DNA from: the human T2T-CHM13v2.0 reference genome, Homo sapiens
Assembly: GCF_009914755.1 (NCBI RefSeq)
Contig: NC_060935.1
Length of the DNA stretch: 64,000 nt
Strand: one strand, 5' to 3'
The translations under genes were made by a program, and so were the position numbers. The stretch's first letter is position 1; each line of letters opens with the position of its first letter. Under the pieces are notes generated by a model, which was not told where the DNA came from, ran no database searches, and saw only the letters and a list, made by a program, of their open reading frames with translations. Shown here piece by piece: positions 40,779 to 55,151 of the stretch.

Positions 40779-42518
40779 GATTTCTGCATTTCTGGTACAT
40801 TATCACATAGTCCAGATCACATTGTCTACCATCTTCATGAGAAGAATAAAGTGACTAAAACTGCAACCAAAGGGAATAAAGTTAGATACAAGAAAGAAAA
40901 TCTTTGGTGGAGATAAATTTTTTTACAGGTGAGACATCCACATGTCTGAATTAGAATAGGTCTAGTTTTTTTAGAGATAAGAGTAAACATACACTGTTTT
41001 GGGAGAGATGCATAAGCTTTAACCATTCAGTTGCTTATGTTTTGAAGCTGCCAACTTCAAAGGGTTCTCTTTATTAGCCTCTTGGCGTTACTGAACACAG
41101 TAAATTAAACTGTTGTTTTTGAAATTAGCCTCCCTCAGTTTCCGTGAAGTGGCACTCTAGAGTTGTTTCTCCTATAGCCTCAGTCCCACCATTTTCTCCA
41201 TCTCATTATGTTGTTGATTCCAGGGATCCATCCTCTCCTCTTTTCCCTATTCAGTACATTATCTCTGAATTGACCTCATCCACTTTCATAGTTTTATCTA
41301 TCTACTTTTATTTCTTTCAAATCTGTGTTTCTAAGTCAAATATCTTTCTGAAACACAAATCATTCTTTCCATTTGCTTCCTGAATAGCTATACTATAGCC
41401 TCAACATATTCAAAACTAAATTAATTCATCTATCCTTCTTAAATCTGTCCTACCTACCTTTGGCAATATTTTTATGAATTACATTACTATCCATCTACCA
41501 AACCCAATCTAGAAACTCGGAAACTATCTTTACTTATTCTTATCTCTCATCCCTTTTCCCCATTCGCCAATTCCTGTTAACTGCATTTTTAACACATAGC
41601 TGTTATATCCACTCCTGTTTTCAACCCCCGATGTCAAACATCCAACTTCTCTCACCTGTACTGTTTCATTACATCTCTCTGCCTTTGCTGTAAACATCTT
41701 CCCAATTCACTCTCAACCTTAAAGTCAGGTTTTTCCTAAAATGCAGATGTCGTTATGTCGTGCCTATGGCTAAAATCCTTCAGTGAATCTATTGCATGGA
41801 ATAAAATCATACTCTTAAGACTGCATTAAAGGTTTTCAAGGGTTATCTATTGTGTATTACTTTGGTCTTACAGTTAACATATTTCTACATGTATGTTTTA
41901 CTAAACCATTCCAACATTCTTGGAGTTATATGACTAAACTCTCCTATTTTACATATGCCTTTTGTGTAGTCTTTCTTCCACTTCCTTTATCTGAATTGGT
42001 CTTCCTCACTCTTGAAAATTTAGAGTCTACTCTCTTCTGCTGCTCAAAAGGACTCATTGGCTGTGTTAGGTCAAGAGTGATTATGTCACGAGCACTGTAT
42101 GTTATGATCCTTCTTTGTTCATCCATAACTTTCTTGCTTATCTCCATCATAGAAATCCTGTCAGCATCTTAATGGCTTGTTTTAAAGAACTGTATCTCAT
42201 TACATGTCATGATTATAAGCTAGCATGGATGCTTCACAATGCAGTGTGATAAATACAAGCTTTGCGGGCAAAGTTTGTTAAAATTCTGTCCATTTCATAT
42301 TCTAGGAATAAAATCTTGCTAGGCTTCTAAAACTCTCTAAGTCTTAATTTCCTTATTTCATATTAGAATAAATAATATTAATCTTAAATACTAAAAATTT
42401 TAACTAATGTATGTAAAGTCTTGATATATAGGTTACCTTATAAAGTATAGTCTATAAATTATAGTTCTTTTTTAATGTTACTAATAAAAGATGGCTATGA
42501 GCTCTTAGTCATCTTTTA

Positions 42519-42570
42519 TTAAGTTGGTACAAAAGTAATTGTGATTTTTGCCGTTGAAAGTAATGGCAAA
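42519..42570. mobile_element. MADE1 (Hsmar1-derived MITE), one arm truncated
   Basis: TTAAGTTGGTACAAAAGTAATTGTGATTTTTGCC..TAATGGCAAA resembles the MADE1 TIR, preceded by TA. Confidence 0.8.
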
Positions 42571-44190
42571 TATTAATAGCAATATTATTAATGTTTAAAA
42601 AGATAACTATAATTACCTTTCCTTTCTTCTTTGTCTTCATGACTCTGCTTCTCTGATTCAAACTTTTGATATGTTTACCTGTCATCATGATGTTATAGCA
42701 ATTCAGTGTCTCTGACACCCCACGTTAACATGAACTATTGAATAAACAGCTGTCTGTTTAACCTTCTCCATGGGATTCACCCCTCAAGTATTAAAATAAG
42801 AAACTTGCAACTGGTTACATTTGTGTCTGTATGTTTATCTTAAAAGACAGATGTAGTCTGAAACAACTATATTTTTCTTTGTTGGGGTGGTGGTTCGTGT
42901 ACATGTACATGTGAAGATTTTTAAAAGTCAAGAATGACTCAGTTCTTGTGGATTATGCATCTATAGATCACTCAGTGTGTCTTTTTTACAAATCAATAAT
43001 GTTTGGGAACTATCATATTGCCCCCAAACTCTCAATATAACAACTATAAGTTCTGAAATTCTAGGTGGGCATATGTCTCCCAGCCTTTGTCTTTCTTCAA
43101 GAGTCAACTTAAAATAATGATGACATTTTTATTGAGACTTCCAGGGGAATCTTATACTCTTGCAAAAAAAAAAAAAAAATCACCTTTCAGTGCTTAATAT
43201 TCCACATACTGAGGAAGTTAATTCTCTTTCTTAGCTACTCCCCTTCTGTTACAACCATCAGCTCATTTCTCATTTTATAGCTGAGAAGTTGAAGAACAGG
43301 TATGTGTTTGTGGAAGGCACCCGTGGCTTTAATAGAAACAGTGTGCATAAAGCAGTGAGACTGAAACCGTACTACAGAAGGTGAAGCAGAGGGGCAGAGA
43401 CACGAACCTGAATATAATCTGCTTCTTTTTTATGCTGCATGGCTTGTGAGACTAGAGCAAAAGCCTACATCTGCTTATTAAGCACTAATTATTAAAGTAA
43501 ATAGGAGATCCCTCTGTGATTCTTAGAAGAAAAGCAGAAGGGACTTTATTCCCAAGAACCTAAAAGTGAAGCTCTATTTAGTTCTCCAACCAGAAAGCAG
43601 GGGACAATTAGCGAAGAGCTGATGCTGTTGAACTACTACTTATTCATCTACATTCAATCTAAGCAACCTATCTTCTGTGAAGTTGTGCTTGAATTCTGTA
43701 AGACAGCATAATGTGTCTCCTTTTCTTTCCCTTTGTGATGTCTTTACCACTTTGTCATTGCATTGATGACCTTGCACTTTAAAAAGCAGGGACTATGCCT
43801 TGCTTATTGCAGCAGCCCCAGGGCAAGCTCCAGAAGCACCTAGAATCCAGTCGGTAATCAGTAATGTTGGTTGAATAAATATCCATATGATTAGATTAAA
43901 TAATAAATAAATAAGTGTATGAGTGTCTTAAAAGGCTGAAGATTATGAAAATTTGATAAGGCAGAGACTGAATTTAAGTAAAGGAATAAAGTAGCAGACA
44001 CTGGGTTGCCGTCTGAGGGGATTACTGATTGAGTGTTGACAGTCCTCACCTTAAGTGATGCTCTGGGTGCTTCATGGCAGAAAGATCCCTGCTGATTCAT
44101 CACTATCTCGCATGCAAAGAAGTGATAAAGAAATCCTAGATGTGTCAGAAATAAGGGGATTCCTGTGGTCACTGGTAGTCACTTCTGCTC

Positions 44191-45111
44191 CTAGCAGGCA
44201 GGGAGGCCTCTATGGGATGTGACTTGTCTCTCTCTCTCTTTAATCTCTTTCTCAGCAGTGATCTGGACTCTATGATAGTCGGGAGGAAAGGAGACAAGAA
44301 CCTAGGCAGAAAAAGAGCAGTGGAGGACACAGAAATAGTGGGTCCATGATAATGACCTAATAAGAGAGGAAGATACAGAAATCAAGCACTAAGAGGCAGA
44401 GCTTCACTGCACAAATCGGAGACACATAGATAATCAATAAAGTAAGCCTGGCAAAGGGCACTGTCCTACTGGTCTCTGGATTGTCTTTGAGGATGTGCCC
44501 TTTAAAGTCTTGGGTCAACCTGGAGGGAGACTCAGCAGCACAAAGAAAACTAGGAAAGGGAGAAAATTCCCAGATTCAGGAAGGTTCTGTTATAGCCCTC
44601 CCTGCTCATCTCCAGGAACACCCTGAGTCCTCTGTTCAACCTCCACAATGGTCTTCTGCCTTAGCTTATGTGTAACAATGATAAAGAGGACTTTCTCTTC
44701 AGAAGGGCTGCACAGCAGTCTCTGAATGCCAAAGAGGACATCAAATGCATCCCTCGAGGTCTGTACAGCTAAAGTTTCCCAAAGATATGAAACATGAGTA
44801 CTAGCTTTGGCAACACATGGGTAAACTGTATCTACATGCATGATATTTGATGGTGAGGATGCCACCTAGGACCATGCTAAATGGTCCTGTGAATGCCTCA
44901 GGCTGATCATGAAGGCTTAAAGAGATTGGTAGGCACCTGTAGGCACACAAGTTAACTTGCAGCAATGAGCCGTCCCCTAATCTCTCTCCATCTGTATTCT
45001 TTCTTATCTTTCTTTTTTTCCCACTGTCATAGAGTCCAGGCCACTGTTAAGAAGGAGATTAAGGATAGAGAAATAGGTCACATTTCACAGAAGAGCCTCC
45101 CTTCCCACTAG
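44191..45111. repeat. Imperfect inverted repeat, ~130-bp arms (44191-44317 and 44981-45111)
   Basis: Left CAGTGATCTGGACTCTATGATAGT vs reverse complement of right CAGTGGCCTGGACTCTATGACAGT; shared AGGGAGGC..ATGTGAC..TTAATCTC. Confidence 0.85.
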
Positions 45112-45808
45112 CATCTAAATGGTAGAAACTAGGAGAGGCTTCATTTTGAGAAGTCAGGCCCGGAGAGAGCAACTACTTTAACTCAGGGGGAAATAAAGAC
45201 TACGAAGAAGTGTCAGACCAGACGTATTGGGAAACTCAGAGTCACACTAGCCAAGCCAAAAAATAACCTCTGTCACAGGGAAAATGAGAAGGGCAGGAGT
45301 CAGCTGGCTGTAGTCTTCCCCCACCATGAGCCCCAAAACTGACCTCATTTTTCACACCTGAATTTCTGTGCACCAGGGGTCGCTGGTTCTGTCATCGTCA
45401 CCCTGAAAGGAAGGTCATTCTTGACACCTTACCAAGGCAGTGATGGTGACTGTGAGCAAGGCACTGGGCAGGCAGGATGTTATTACCAACTGGCAGGTCC
45501 CAGAGCTCTCACAGACACACCTGGGCAAAGCCAAAAGTAGCCCCTAGATTGACTAGAGGAACACAGAGCTAAAGTTACAGCCCACAGGGATGGGTGATTG
45601 GACAGAGAGGCCAAGCAGGGAGAGTGACTCCTGCACCTAACCAGGTGGCCCATATCTGTTCAGCGTTGTTCATTACCCCTAAGCCTGTACATCCTGTTGG
45701 TGATAGGAAACCTTGTGCAGTGAGCTGGGAAATTTCACATTGCTCTGTGAGCTCAGACTTCTCATTCTCACAGAACAATCTTAGACCCCAGGAAATGCTT
45801 TAGTGAAT

Positions 45809-46227
45809 GCTGTGGCTCAATGTGCTTATTCCTCCAGGTGCAGGTAGTGTTGGCTTCTGGAAGCTGATAACTAAGTCACTCTCCTTTGGCTAAAGAGAGC
45901 AGTCTCGCCTAAGATTACTTTTCCTTCCCCAAGCAGCTCATAGCCAATGACTGGTGATATAAGAATACAAAGTCCTGGCCCCCTTTCTTCATCTTAAACA
46001 ACACTGAGGAGTCATTCTAACTCATGAGGTCCTATTTGATTAGCTAAGTCACCTGAGACAACTCGATCATAGTTTAATTTCTTCTTCGGCCCCTCTCACT
46101 CCATGACAGTTTAATTTCACTCCTCTCACTCCATGACAGTCATTGTTACCATATATATGTCACAATAAACTTCCTGCATGCAAATCTCTGCTCCAGAGTC
46201 TGTTTCTGGGGAAGCCAACCTAAGACA
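45809..46227 (+). mobile_element. LTR16-like ERVL solo LTR
   Basis: Ends AATAAACTTCCTGCATGCAAATCTC..AGAGTCTGTTTCTGGGGAAGCCAACCTAAGACA. Confidence 0.65.
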
Positions 46228-46554
46228 AATGCTGCCAGCCTCAGGTTGAGTTGAGCACTTTGCTTCTCCTCTATAGGATAGTGACAAACCCAAGGGCCTC
46301 AAACCCATTGCCATGGTACATGTGGGATAAATAGGGCTCCTCCAACAGTCCCTCCAAGGAAGTTCCCAATGAGATGGGCTGAGGCTTCCTTTATCATATT
46401 TTCCCATCATAAATAGACCCTTCTGTTAGTTCCATCTCTGATTGAAGCAGCTTCCCACTCTACCCAGTGGCCATATTCTCCTTGGGAACAATGCCTCAAG
46501 TGCACAGTCCTTCCATTCATCCAGTCAACAAGTATCTCATTCACAGCTTGTGGG

Positions 46555-47420
46555 GAGCCCTATTTATTCATTTATTCAATAAATATTAAATATATACTAA
46601 TTCCATGTACTCTACTAGATTTTGGAAAAAACAAACGATATGATAAAATGGTTCTCATGGGTCTTGGGATGATATATGTTAAGTATATGATCATAGAATT
46701 AATTACAGTTATAAGTGTTATATATTAAAACTATAATGTTTTAAAAGCATATAATAGAAGGACCTCCCCAGTATGGGGACTTCAGGAAAGCCCTCCCTAA
46801 TTTAAGTTAGTGACCAGAAGACTTGGTTAAAGTGAAGGGCAATATGGAGATAGGGTGCGTACACAAAACATGAGCAGAAGAAAAAGGACTCTGGTAATTT
46901 CAAAGACCTGAAAGAATTTTTAAAATTAGAGATTGTAGTACTCAGGACTGAGCCTGGAGTGCAAGCAGGAACCCGAGCATACTGGGTCTTTTGGGCCATG
47001 GTAAAGGGCCATGGAAATCATGAAGGATTTTAAGCAGAGGATTGAGATATGATTAACATCTCATTAACAAAATGACATCTTAGGAAAATGGAGAGGCCAA
47101 GGCTAAGCATAGATGGCAGGAGATCTTTGGGGAAGAAAATTCAGTGATCTCTACAGAGGTTTAAGGATGTGTCATGAGAATGGGTAGATGAGGTAGGTAT
47201 CTTTGGGAATAAAGAAATTGAGAATATGAAAAGCCAGAGTGTTCAATGGATTATCCACATAAATACTGATGTCTCCCACCAGGGTCATGGGTGGCAAAAT
47301 AAAAACAGAGAAGATGTGGACCATGTCATCATTTAATGAAGGTGAGTAGAGGAGAGATAACAGTAACCAGAAGTGATAGAGGATGATATGAGTGAGTGAC
47401 ATGAACCTCAAAGAAGCACC
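46555..47420 (-). mobile_element. L2 fragment
   Basis: ATTTATTCATTTATTCAATAAATATT terminus followed by GGCCATGGTAAAG..GGATTTTAAGCAG; approximate. Confidence 0.6.
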
Positions 47421-49344
47421 AGTCTTTGCTTATTTGTTTGTTTGTTTGCTTTTACAGGAAAGAACTGAAAATTGTATTTGAGAACAAAGACACTAAACTT
47501 ACCACCATGCCAAAAGTAGAAGAGATATGAGAAACTAAATGATCCCCACTTAGTAGGAAGCATAATATTGCATCAGAAATAAAATGGGAATAATTATAGC
47601 ACCTGCTTTATTTGCATTTTGTGACCAATAAATGAAAGAGTGTATCTGCAAAGTTTTTACTTCAAGGACTCAAGGTACCATGTAGTAAGAGCTGAACACA
47701 CAGGAGCTGCCTTTGTTATCAAGATTTCTCACTAATACAGCATATTCAAGATAGAATTCTTCAGAGCTAGTTTGCCCAGAGCACTTAGAGACCTCTAAGC
47801 CCTTATAGCAGTGATTCTGTCTTATAATAGTAACTATGCCCCTCAATGCCCCTGCACAGCATCCAAAATACCGCCATTTGAAACTACAACTTTTGCAAAG
47901 ACTATTGAGGTTAAGGTGATGTTTGAAGTGATGATGGTAGTAAAGAAAATAGTGTTAGTAGTTATTGTTACAGCAATGTTTTTTCATTGCTTTAACAAAA
48001 ATATATTGAATGTCCAGTCATAAAAATATTTGTAGTCATTTATTCAAAAGCACATACTATGTTAATATGACTAATGAAGAAATACGCTAGTGACCATTAA
48101 AATAATGAGACTTATTTATTAACACATGCTTATTGATAGCATATTATATGTCAGGAACTATTTTAAGAATACAGTAGAAATCACTATCTAGTAGGAATGC
48201 AGACAGAGATTATTTATCCAACAAAAATATATATAATTATAAATTATAATGAATAATAAAAGAAACACACAGTATTCTGAGATCAGAAAACAAATGATTT
48301 AATGTAATTAAAAGAATCTTTTCTAAGGAGATGAGGTTTGAACTAAGGTGAAAGATGAGTAGAAACAGCAAGAATAAGGACAGGGAAAAGCATTTGTATT
48401 AGGAGGAGCCTGGACAACCTGCCTGGAGGGAGCATAAATATTTGACGAAATAAAGAAGAGTATTTATGTATATTAGGAATACATAACACTCAAATAATAC
48501 TAATATATTTCAAGGATATGCAAATACATAAGCACATAACACAAACACATTAAAATGAATGCCAGTGGTAGGAACTGGGAAGGAAATGAACAAGACATTA
48601 AGAAATAAAGACAGAAAATAAACAAACAGAACAATAATCAGAACAATAATCGTTGCATGCAATAAGCATACAAGTATGATTAACTCAAAGTCTTGCAGCT
48701 GAGACTAAAAATGAAGAAATGAAACTACAGGTATCATAGAGGGCCATTCATCTCAAAAACAGAATGAAAAAATACTGGAAATAGAGAAAACAACCTTAAC
48801 CTGCAATTCTAGTCAGATGGAACATGAATATTTTAAAGTATTTCTTTCATAAATTTGAACTCAAAATTATCTCCATAGTTTGCCACCCTTCTTTCTCTGA
48901 AGCTAAGTAGGTGGTAGAGAGGCCATTCTCTTCCCATGGACTGGCTGTGAGTGAGAGCTGTGGTGGTGTGAGGTGCCCCATTTTTTTCATATGTCCAGCT
49001 CATCTCTTTCTGATCTCCTAAAACACTTGAATTCAGATTCATCATATTACCTGATGCATTTATCTTATCAACACAAATAAAACATAAACTTTCAGAAGAA
49101 AAAATATCAAAAAGATTTCCTGCTTATTGATCAATTGAGATACCCCAGCCCTTCTAATAGTTTTCCATCCCAATGTATAAATACCATAGACCTCAGAAGA
49201 GATTTCCTAACTTCCAAACACCTAGGATAACTTTCCCTGCTTTCTTTTTACTCTCTGCACAAGATAAATGACTGGGCTATGGGGCTTCCACCCAGTGAGA
49301 GAGGGCCACCCTGGACCCTGAAGTCCAGCTGGTGATAACTATAC

Positions 49345-50307
49345 TCAGGTAAGCTCAATCTGCTTGGGGCTTAGAATCATCAACAGCCGCTCCTAGATCT
49401 GCTTGGTCTCCATGCCATAGACAATGGGATCCAGTGCTGGGGGAAAGAGCAAGTAGAGATTGGCAAGGATGACCTTGGCAGTAGAAGCTGTGGGTGCTCC
49501 AAAGCGCTGCATGACCACAGAAAGAAAGCCCAGTCCATAGAAGAAGAGGATGACACAGACATGGGCTGTACATGTGCTGCCTGCTTTCGCACGTTCCTCA
49601 GGTGAAGGAAAATGCATTACAGTCCTCACAATCAGCCCATAAGAATAGGCAATAAGACCACATCCCCCCAACCAAGAAAGATTGCCACCACAAAGGCATA
49701 GAGGTTGTCCACAGTGGTGGCCTCACAGGCAAGCTTCACCACTGCCATATGCTCACAGAAGGTATAGGCAATCATGTGTGAGCCATGGTAGTGCAGCCTA
49801 TGGGCCAAGCTTGGAAAGGAGATGGTCAATCCCACCCCTCACAACACCACCAGGCCTCCAATCTTGGCAACAACAACAGGTGGAAGGATGGTTGCATAAC
49901 GCAGTGGGTTGCAGATGGCCACAGAGCGGTCCAGGGCCATGGCCACTAGCACCCCTGACTCCATGGCAGAGAATGCATGGATGAAGAACATCTGGGAAAG
50001 ACAGGAATGCGAGCTGATGGCTGTAGCACCAAACCAGAAAATGGCCAGCATCTTAGGCAGTGTGGAGAGAGAGAGGACCAAGTCGACAAAGGAGAGCATG
50101 GCAAGAAAAAGAAACATGGGCTGGCGAAGGCTGCATTCTGTCCGGATGAGAAAAAGCAGGACACCATTCCCAGTCAATGACAGGAAAAACATAAAGCAAA
50201 AGGGAAGTGAGATCCAAATGTGGGTGGCAGTCAATCCTGGGATGCCAGCCAGGAAGAAAGTATGTGGGAAGAGAACAGAATTATTGGAAAAAAACCATGG
50301 TTATCAT
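49345..50307 (-). pseudogene. OR52X1P: OR52-family pseudogene
   Basis: Fragments FFLAGIPG, LRQPMFLFL, MALDRSVAICNPLRY, FCEHMAVVKLAC, KAGSTCTAH, PPALDPIVYG; +1 in a T7 run just after the ATG, TGA at 49839, frameshift near 49655, TAG at 49393. Symbol from recalled cluster order. Confidence 0.8.
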
Positions 50308-51899
50308 GTCACATGGAAGAACAAAGTGACATTGCAGAGAAAGGCAGGCTGGTGAAATTCAGTGATGTAGCAGTTGGGAGCTCAGGACATATGCTCTCAC
50401 TGACACCATCACCACCACATCACTCTCCCCTACAGTTCTCAGAAAAGAGTAGAAAATAATTTTCAGTTTAGTCAATATTTCTGCAAGGTCTTCAAACACA
50501 AAAGAGGCAAGTTAGTGGGAAATGCATTGGGTGAGATTTTTCCAGTGGCAAATAAATGCATTGGACAGGAAGTTCAGAAACCAGTTTCTAGTATTAGATA
50601 TTCTACAATATGTGTGACCTGGGGAAATTCACACAAACAGATTTAAGTCGATGCCCAGGGCTTGTTGTTGCATAAAAATTATCCCATTAAGTTCATATCT
50701 CCAAGTTTTGAATTCAGGTGCTTGATTTAATCAATGCTGACCTCATATAGTTCTCCAGTCTTATCCCACTAAGCCTCATTTAAAATTGCCAAAAATTCTA
50801 ACATCTGAAAAAATCCCTTAATTTAGAGACATTCCACTCTTCAAAGCTTCATTTGACTGTAAAGTTTACAGAATAACATATGGTCCCTGATAATTCCAAC
50901 ACTGATCAGGCTCTTCCTTGGATATTCCTGTCCACTTCACTTGCTCCTCTACCAGATATCTCAATGGTTGTCTGCTTTACCACCTCCTGTATTTTCTGCT
51001 CCTTCAAGTTGGTGTTGTATAGGGATAGACACAAAGTTCAGAGCTGTGGTGACCTGGATAAACAAAAGCTCTGGTAATAACAATAATGTGAAAGCCAAAA
51101 AATTCTATACTACCGCCACCTTACTGAGATCATGAGAGACCTTGGCAGATGTGCCCTCCAGTTCTTCTTTTCAGGTTATTACATTAAGAGTGCACAACAT
51201 TATTCATCATTATTCATGTCCCTAGCATACACTACGTTCAACATATTCATTTTATTTATTAGAAAACTGAGGTCTGTAAAAAGTACATTTCCCAGGGCTA
51301 TAGCTCTCTGTAGTGACAGAATCAGACCACAGCTCACATCCACTGACCTCCAAGCTAGGAAGCCATCCTCCTATCTCCATGTTAGCAGTGGCTATTGCAG
51401 AGCCAGGGAAGAAACTCCAGGGCCCCATGGCCAAAGGTAGGAAGTACAGAGTGATCAAATAATAGGGCAAACAAGGAATGATTTAGGGATCATGTGAATC
51501 CCCCAATATCCCCAATACCTCAAGTACCACAATCCTCTCAGGTGAGAGACAAACACAGGACTCACATATACCTGGGTCTAGGGCCTGGTAGGGCTTTGGA
51601 ATGTGAGACAAGTGATTCACGTTCTAGGCATAAAAGGTGCAGCCTTAATAACAGCAAGAAGAGGTCTCTAAGTGTGAGACAAAGGAGCAGAAGTCAGCCT
51701 GGAACATAGTCTAAGTAAGAAGAAACAGTACAGATTTAAAATGGCCAAAGTTTTGCTTTTCTCTCCAAGAGAACATATAGTTATTGCCCATACCTTCCAC
51801 CACAGCTGCTGAGGAGACTGCAATGACAACAGACGGTGAGAGGGCTGGGAAGATGGGAAATCAATGTGGACCTATAGTTCTTATGTCATAGAATAAACT

Positions 51900-52110
51900 C
51901 TACAATAGAAGTCAAGATCCTGGTTTGAGGTACTATTTCTGCCATATATCTGCATGTGACTTTCAGCAAAGCATCTAACCATTTTCAAGCCTTAGTTTCT
52001 TCACGTGTGAAAGGAGTAAACTAAAATCTGCCTCATAGGATCATTGTGAGAACTGAAGGAAATATAATATGTGGAAATACTTTGTCAAATGCTGAAAATA
52101 TTATTATTAT
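51900..52110 (+). mobile_element. MIR SINE
   Basis: GTGACTTTCAGCAAAGCATCTAACC..CCTTAGTTTCTTCA..CTGCCTCATAGG..TTGTGAGAACT. Confidence 0.65.
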
Positions 52111-52321
52111 ATTCACTGAATTATAAGCAATAAATGGTGCACAGGGAGCACTTTAGTTAAGAACAAGAGAAATTTTTGAAATTCAGAGACAACGGATTTG
52201 ATTTGGCAAAGGTGATCAGATAGATGCATCCCATGGGTGGATAACGTGTAGTAGTTAACTGGAGCAACCCAGTCAAAAACACTATATCCTCCCTCATGTT
52301 TCTCCCTTCATTCTTCCAAAT

Positions 52322-52775
52322 TTTCATGCACGTCCATGTGAAGAGACCACCAAACAGGCTTTGTGTGAGCAACAAGGCTGTTTATTTCACCTGGGTGCAG
52401 GCGGGCTGAGTCCGAAAAGAGAGTCAGCAAAGGGAGATAAGAGTGGGGCCATTTTATAGGATTTGGATAGGCAAAAGAAAATTACAGTCAAAGGGGGTTT
52501 GTTCTCTGGTGGGCAGGAGTGGGGGGTCGCAAGGTGCTCAGTGGGGGAGCTTTTTGAGCCAGGATGAGCCAGGAAAAGGACTTTCACAAGGTAATGTCAT
52601 CAGTTAAGGCAAGGACCGGCCATTTACACTTCTTTTGTGGTGGAATGTCATCAGTTAAGGTGGGGCAGGGCATATTCACTTCTTTTGTGATTCTTCAGTT
52701 ACTTCAGGCCACCTGGGCATATATGTGCAAGTCACAGGGGATGCGATGGCTTGGCTTGGGCTCAGAGGCCTGACA
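52322..52775 (-). mobile_element. HERV-H 3' LTR (LTR7)
   Basis: Minus strand TGTCAGGCCTCTGAGCCCAAGCC..AATAAA..CATGAAA, preceded by PPT AAGAAGGCAGGAA (52776-52788). Confidence 0.97.
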
Positions 52776-54758
52776 TTCCTGCCTTCTTATATTAATAAGA
52801 AAAATAAAACAAAATAGTGTTGAAGTGTTGGGGTGGCGAAAATTTTTGGGGGGTGGTATGGAGAGAGAGTGGGCGATGTTTCTCAGGGCTGCTTTGAGCG
52901 GGATTAGGGCGGCGCGGGAACCTAGAGTGGGAGAGATTAAGCTGAAGGGAGGTCTTGTGGTAAGGGGTGATATTGCGGGGATGTTAGAAGAAATATTTGT
53001 CATATAGAATGATTGGTGATGGCCTGGATATGGTTTTGGATGAATTGAGAAATGAAATGGAATAACAGAAGGAGAAAAACAGGTATAAAAGGTCTAAGAA
53101 TTGGGACGACTCATGATATCTGATTAGAGAGTGCCTAAGGAGATTCAGCACAGTCCTGCCAGCAAAGATTATTTATTTACTTCAAGAGTTAAGAGTGGCA
53201 GTTTGGGGATAGCACCAGGAGATATCAGCTGTGATGGCTTGGAAAAACAGTGTAAACTGGCAGTGTAAACAAGAGCAGGGCATGTATGAGTAGTTGAGAA
53301 TGGTGAATAGGAGTATGACTAGACAGAAGATAGTAGGGATGACAAGTTTTTTTTGGGGCACAGTCTAAGTTGGTCTGGTGTCTGGAATGAGACTGGGGCC
53401 TAATAAAAAGGAGCGTCTATACAGGAGCTTAAATGGGCTGTAGCCTGTAGCATTCTGAGGACAGGTCTGACTTCTGAGAAGGAAAAGTGGTAAAAGTATT
53501 GTTCAGTCCTTTTTAAGTTGGTGGCTGAGCGTGGTGAGGTGTGTTTTTAAAAGACCTTTAGTCCATTCTACTTTTCTTGAAGATGGAGGACCGTAAGGGA
53601 TATAAAGGTTTCACTGAATACTAAGAGCCTGAAAAACTGCTTGGCTGATTTGACTAATAAAGGCTCATCTGTTATCAGACTGTATTGAGGTGGGAAGGCT
53701 AAACTGAGGAATTATGTCTGACAGAATGGAAGAAATGACTGCAGTGGCCTTCTCAGACCCTGTAGGAAAGGCCTCTACCTATCCAGTGAAAGTATCTACC
53801 TAGACTGAGAGGTATTTTAGTTATCTGACTCAGGGCATGTTGAGTAAAGCTAATTTGCCAGTCCTGGGTGGGGCAAATCCTCAAGCTTGATGTGTAGGGA
53901 AGGGAGTGGGCCTGAATAATCCCTGACGAGTAGTAGAATAGCAGATGGAACACTGAGAAGTTATTTTCTTGAGGATAGATTTCCACGATGGAAAGGAAAT
54001 GAGAGGTTCTAAGAGGCAGGCTAGTGGCTTGTACTATAGCATAACCTGCCTTTGCTGGTGTGTGGCGATTAGGCCTGGTGGAACCACCATCAATAAATCA
54101 AGCGTGATCACGGTGAGGAACAGGAAAGAAGGAAATTTGGGGAAATGGGGTGAATGTCAGGTGGATCAGAGAGATACAGTCATGGGGGTCAGGTGTGGTA
54201 TCAGAAATAATGTGGGAGGCCGGATTGAAGTCCGGGCCAGGAACAATGGTAATTGTGGGACTTAAAGAGTAAGTACAGCTGAAGGAGCCAGGGAGCAGAA
54301 AGTATATGTATCAGGTATGAGGAAGAAAATAGATTTTGGAAGTTATGAGAAATGTAGAGAGTGAGTTGAGCATACTTTGTGATTTTTAGGGCCTCTGACA
54401 GTATTACAGCAGTGGCAACCACTGCACACAGACATGAGGGCTAGGCTAAAACAGTAAGGTCAACTTGTTTGGACAGAAAGGCTACACGGTGTGGTCCTGG
54501 CTCTTGTGTAAGAATTCTGACTGCACTAACCATGCCTAGGAAGGAAAGGAGTTGCTCTTTTGTAAGGGATTGAGGTTTGGGAGATTAATCGGACACGATC
54601 AGCAGGGAAAGCACGTATGTTTTTATGAGAATTATGCCGAGTTAGGTAACAGATGAGGATGAAATTTGGGCTTGATTGAAGTAATGGGGGCTGTCTATGA
54701 AGCCTTGCGGCAGTACAGCCCAGGTAATTTGCTGAGCCTAATGGGTGTCAGGGTCAGT

Positions 54759-55151
54759 CTAAGTGAAAGCAAAGAGAGGCTGGGAAGAGGGGTGCAGGGG
54801 AATAGTGAAAAAAGCATCTTTAAGATCAAGCACGCAATAGTGAATTGTGGAGGAAGGTATTGAGGACAAAAGAGTGTATGGGTTGGGCACCACAGGGTGG
54901 ATAGGCAAAACAATTTGGTTGATAAGGCACAGATCCTGAACTAACTTGAAAGGCTTGTCTGGTTTTAGGACAGGTAAAATGGGGGAATTGTAAGGAGAGT
55001 TTATAGGCTTTAAAAGGCCATGCTGTAGCAAGTGAGTGATAACAGGCTTTAATCTTTTTAAAGCATGCTGTAGGATGGGATATTGGTGTTGAGCGGGGTA
55101 AGGGTGATTAGGTTTCAATGAGATGGTAAGGGGTGCATGATCGGTCACCAA
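54759..55151 (-). pseudogene. HERV-H pol reverse transcriptase N-terminal fragment
   Basis: SPYNSPILPVLKPD..LVQDL..HPVVPNPYTLL..VLDLKDAFFTIPLHPSSQPLFAFT then stop. Confidence 0.9.
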
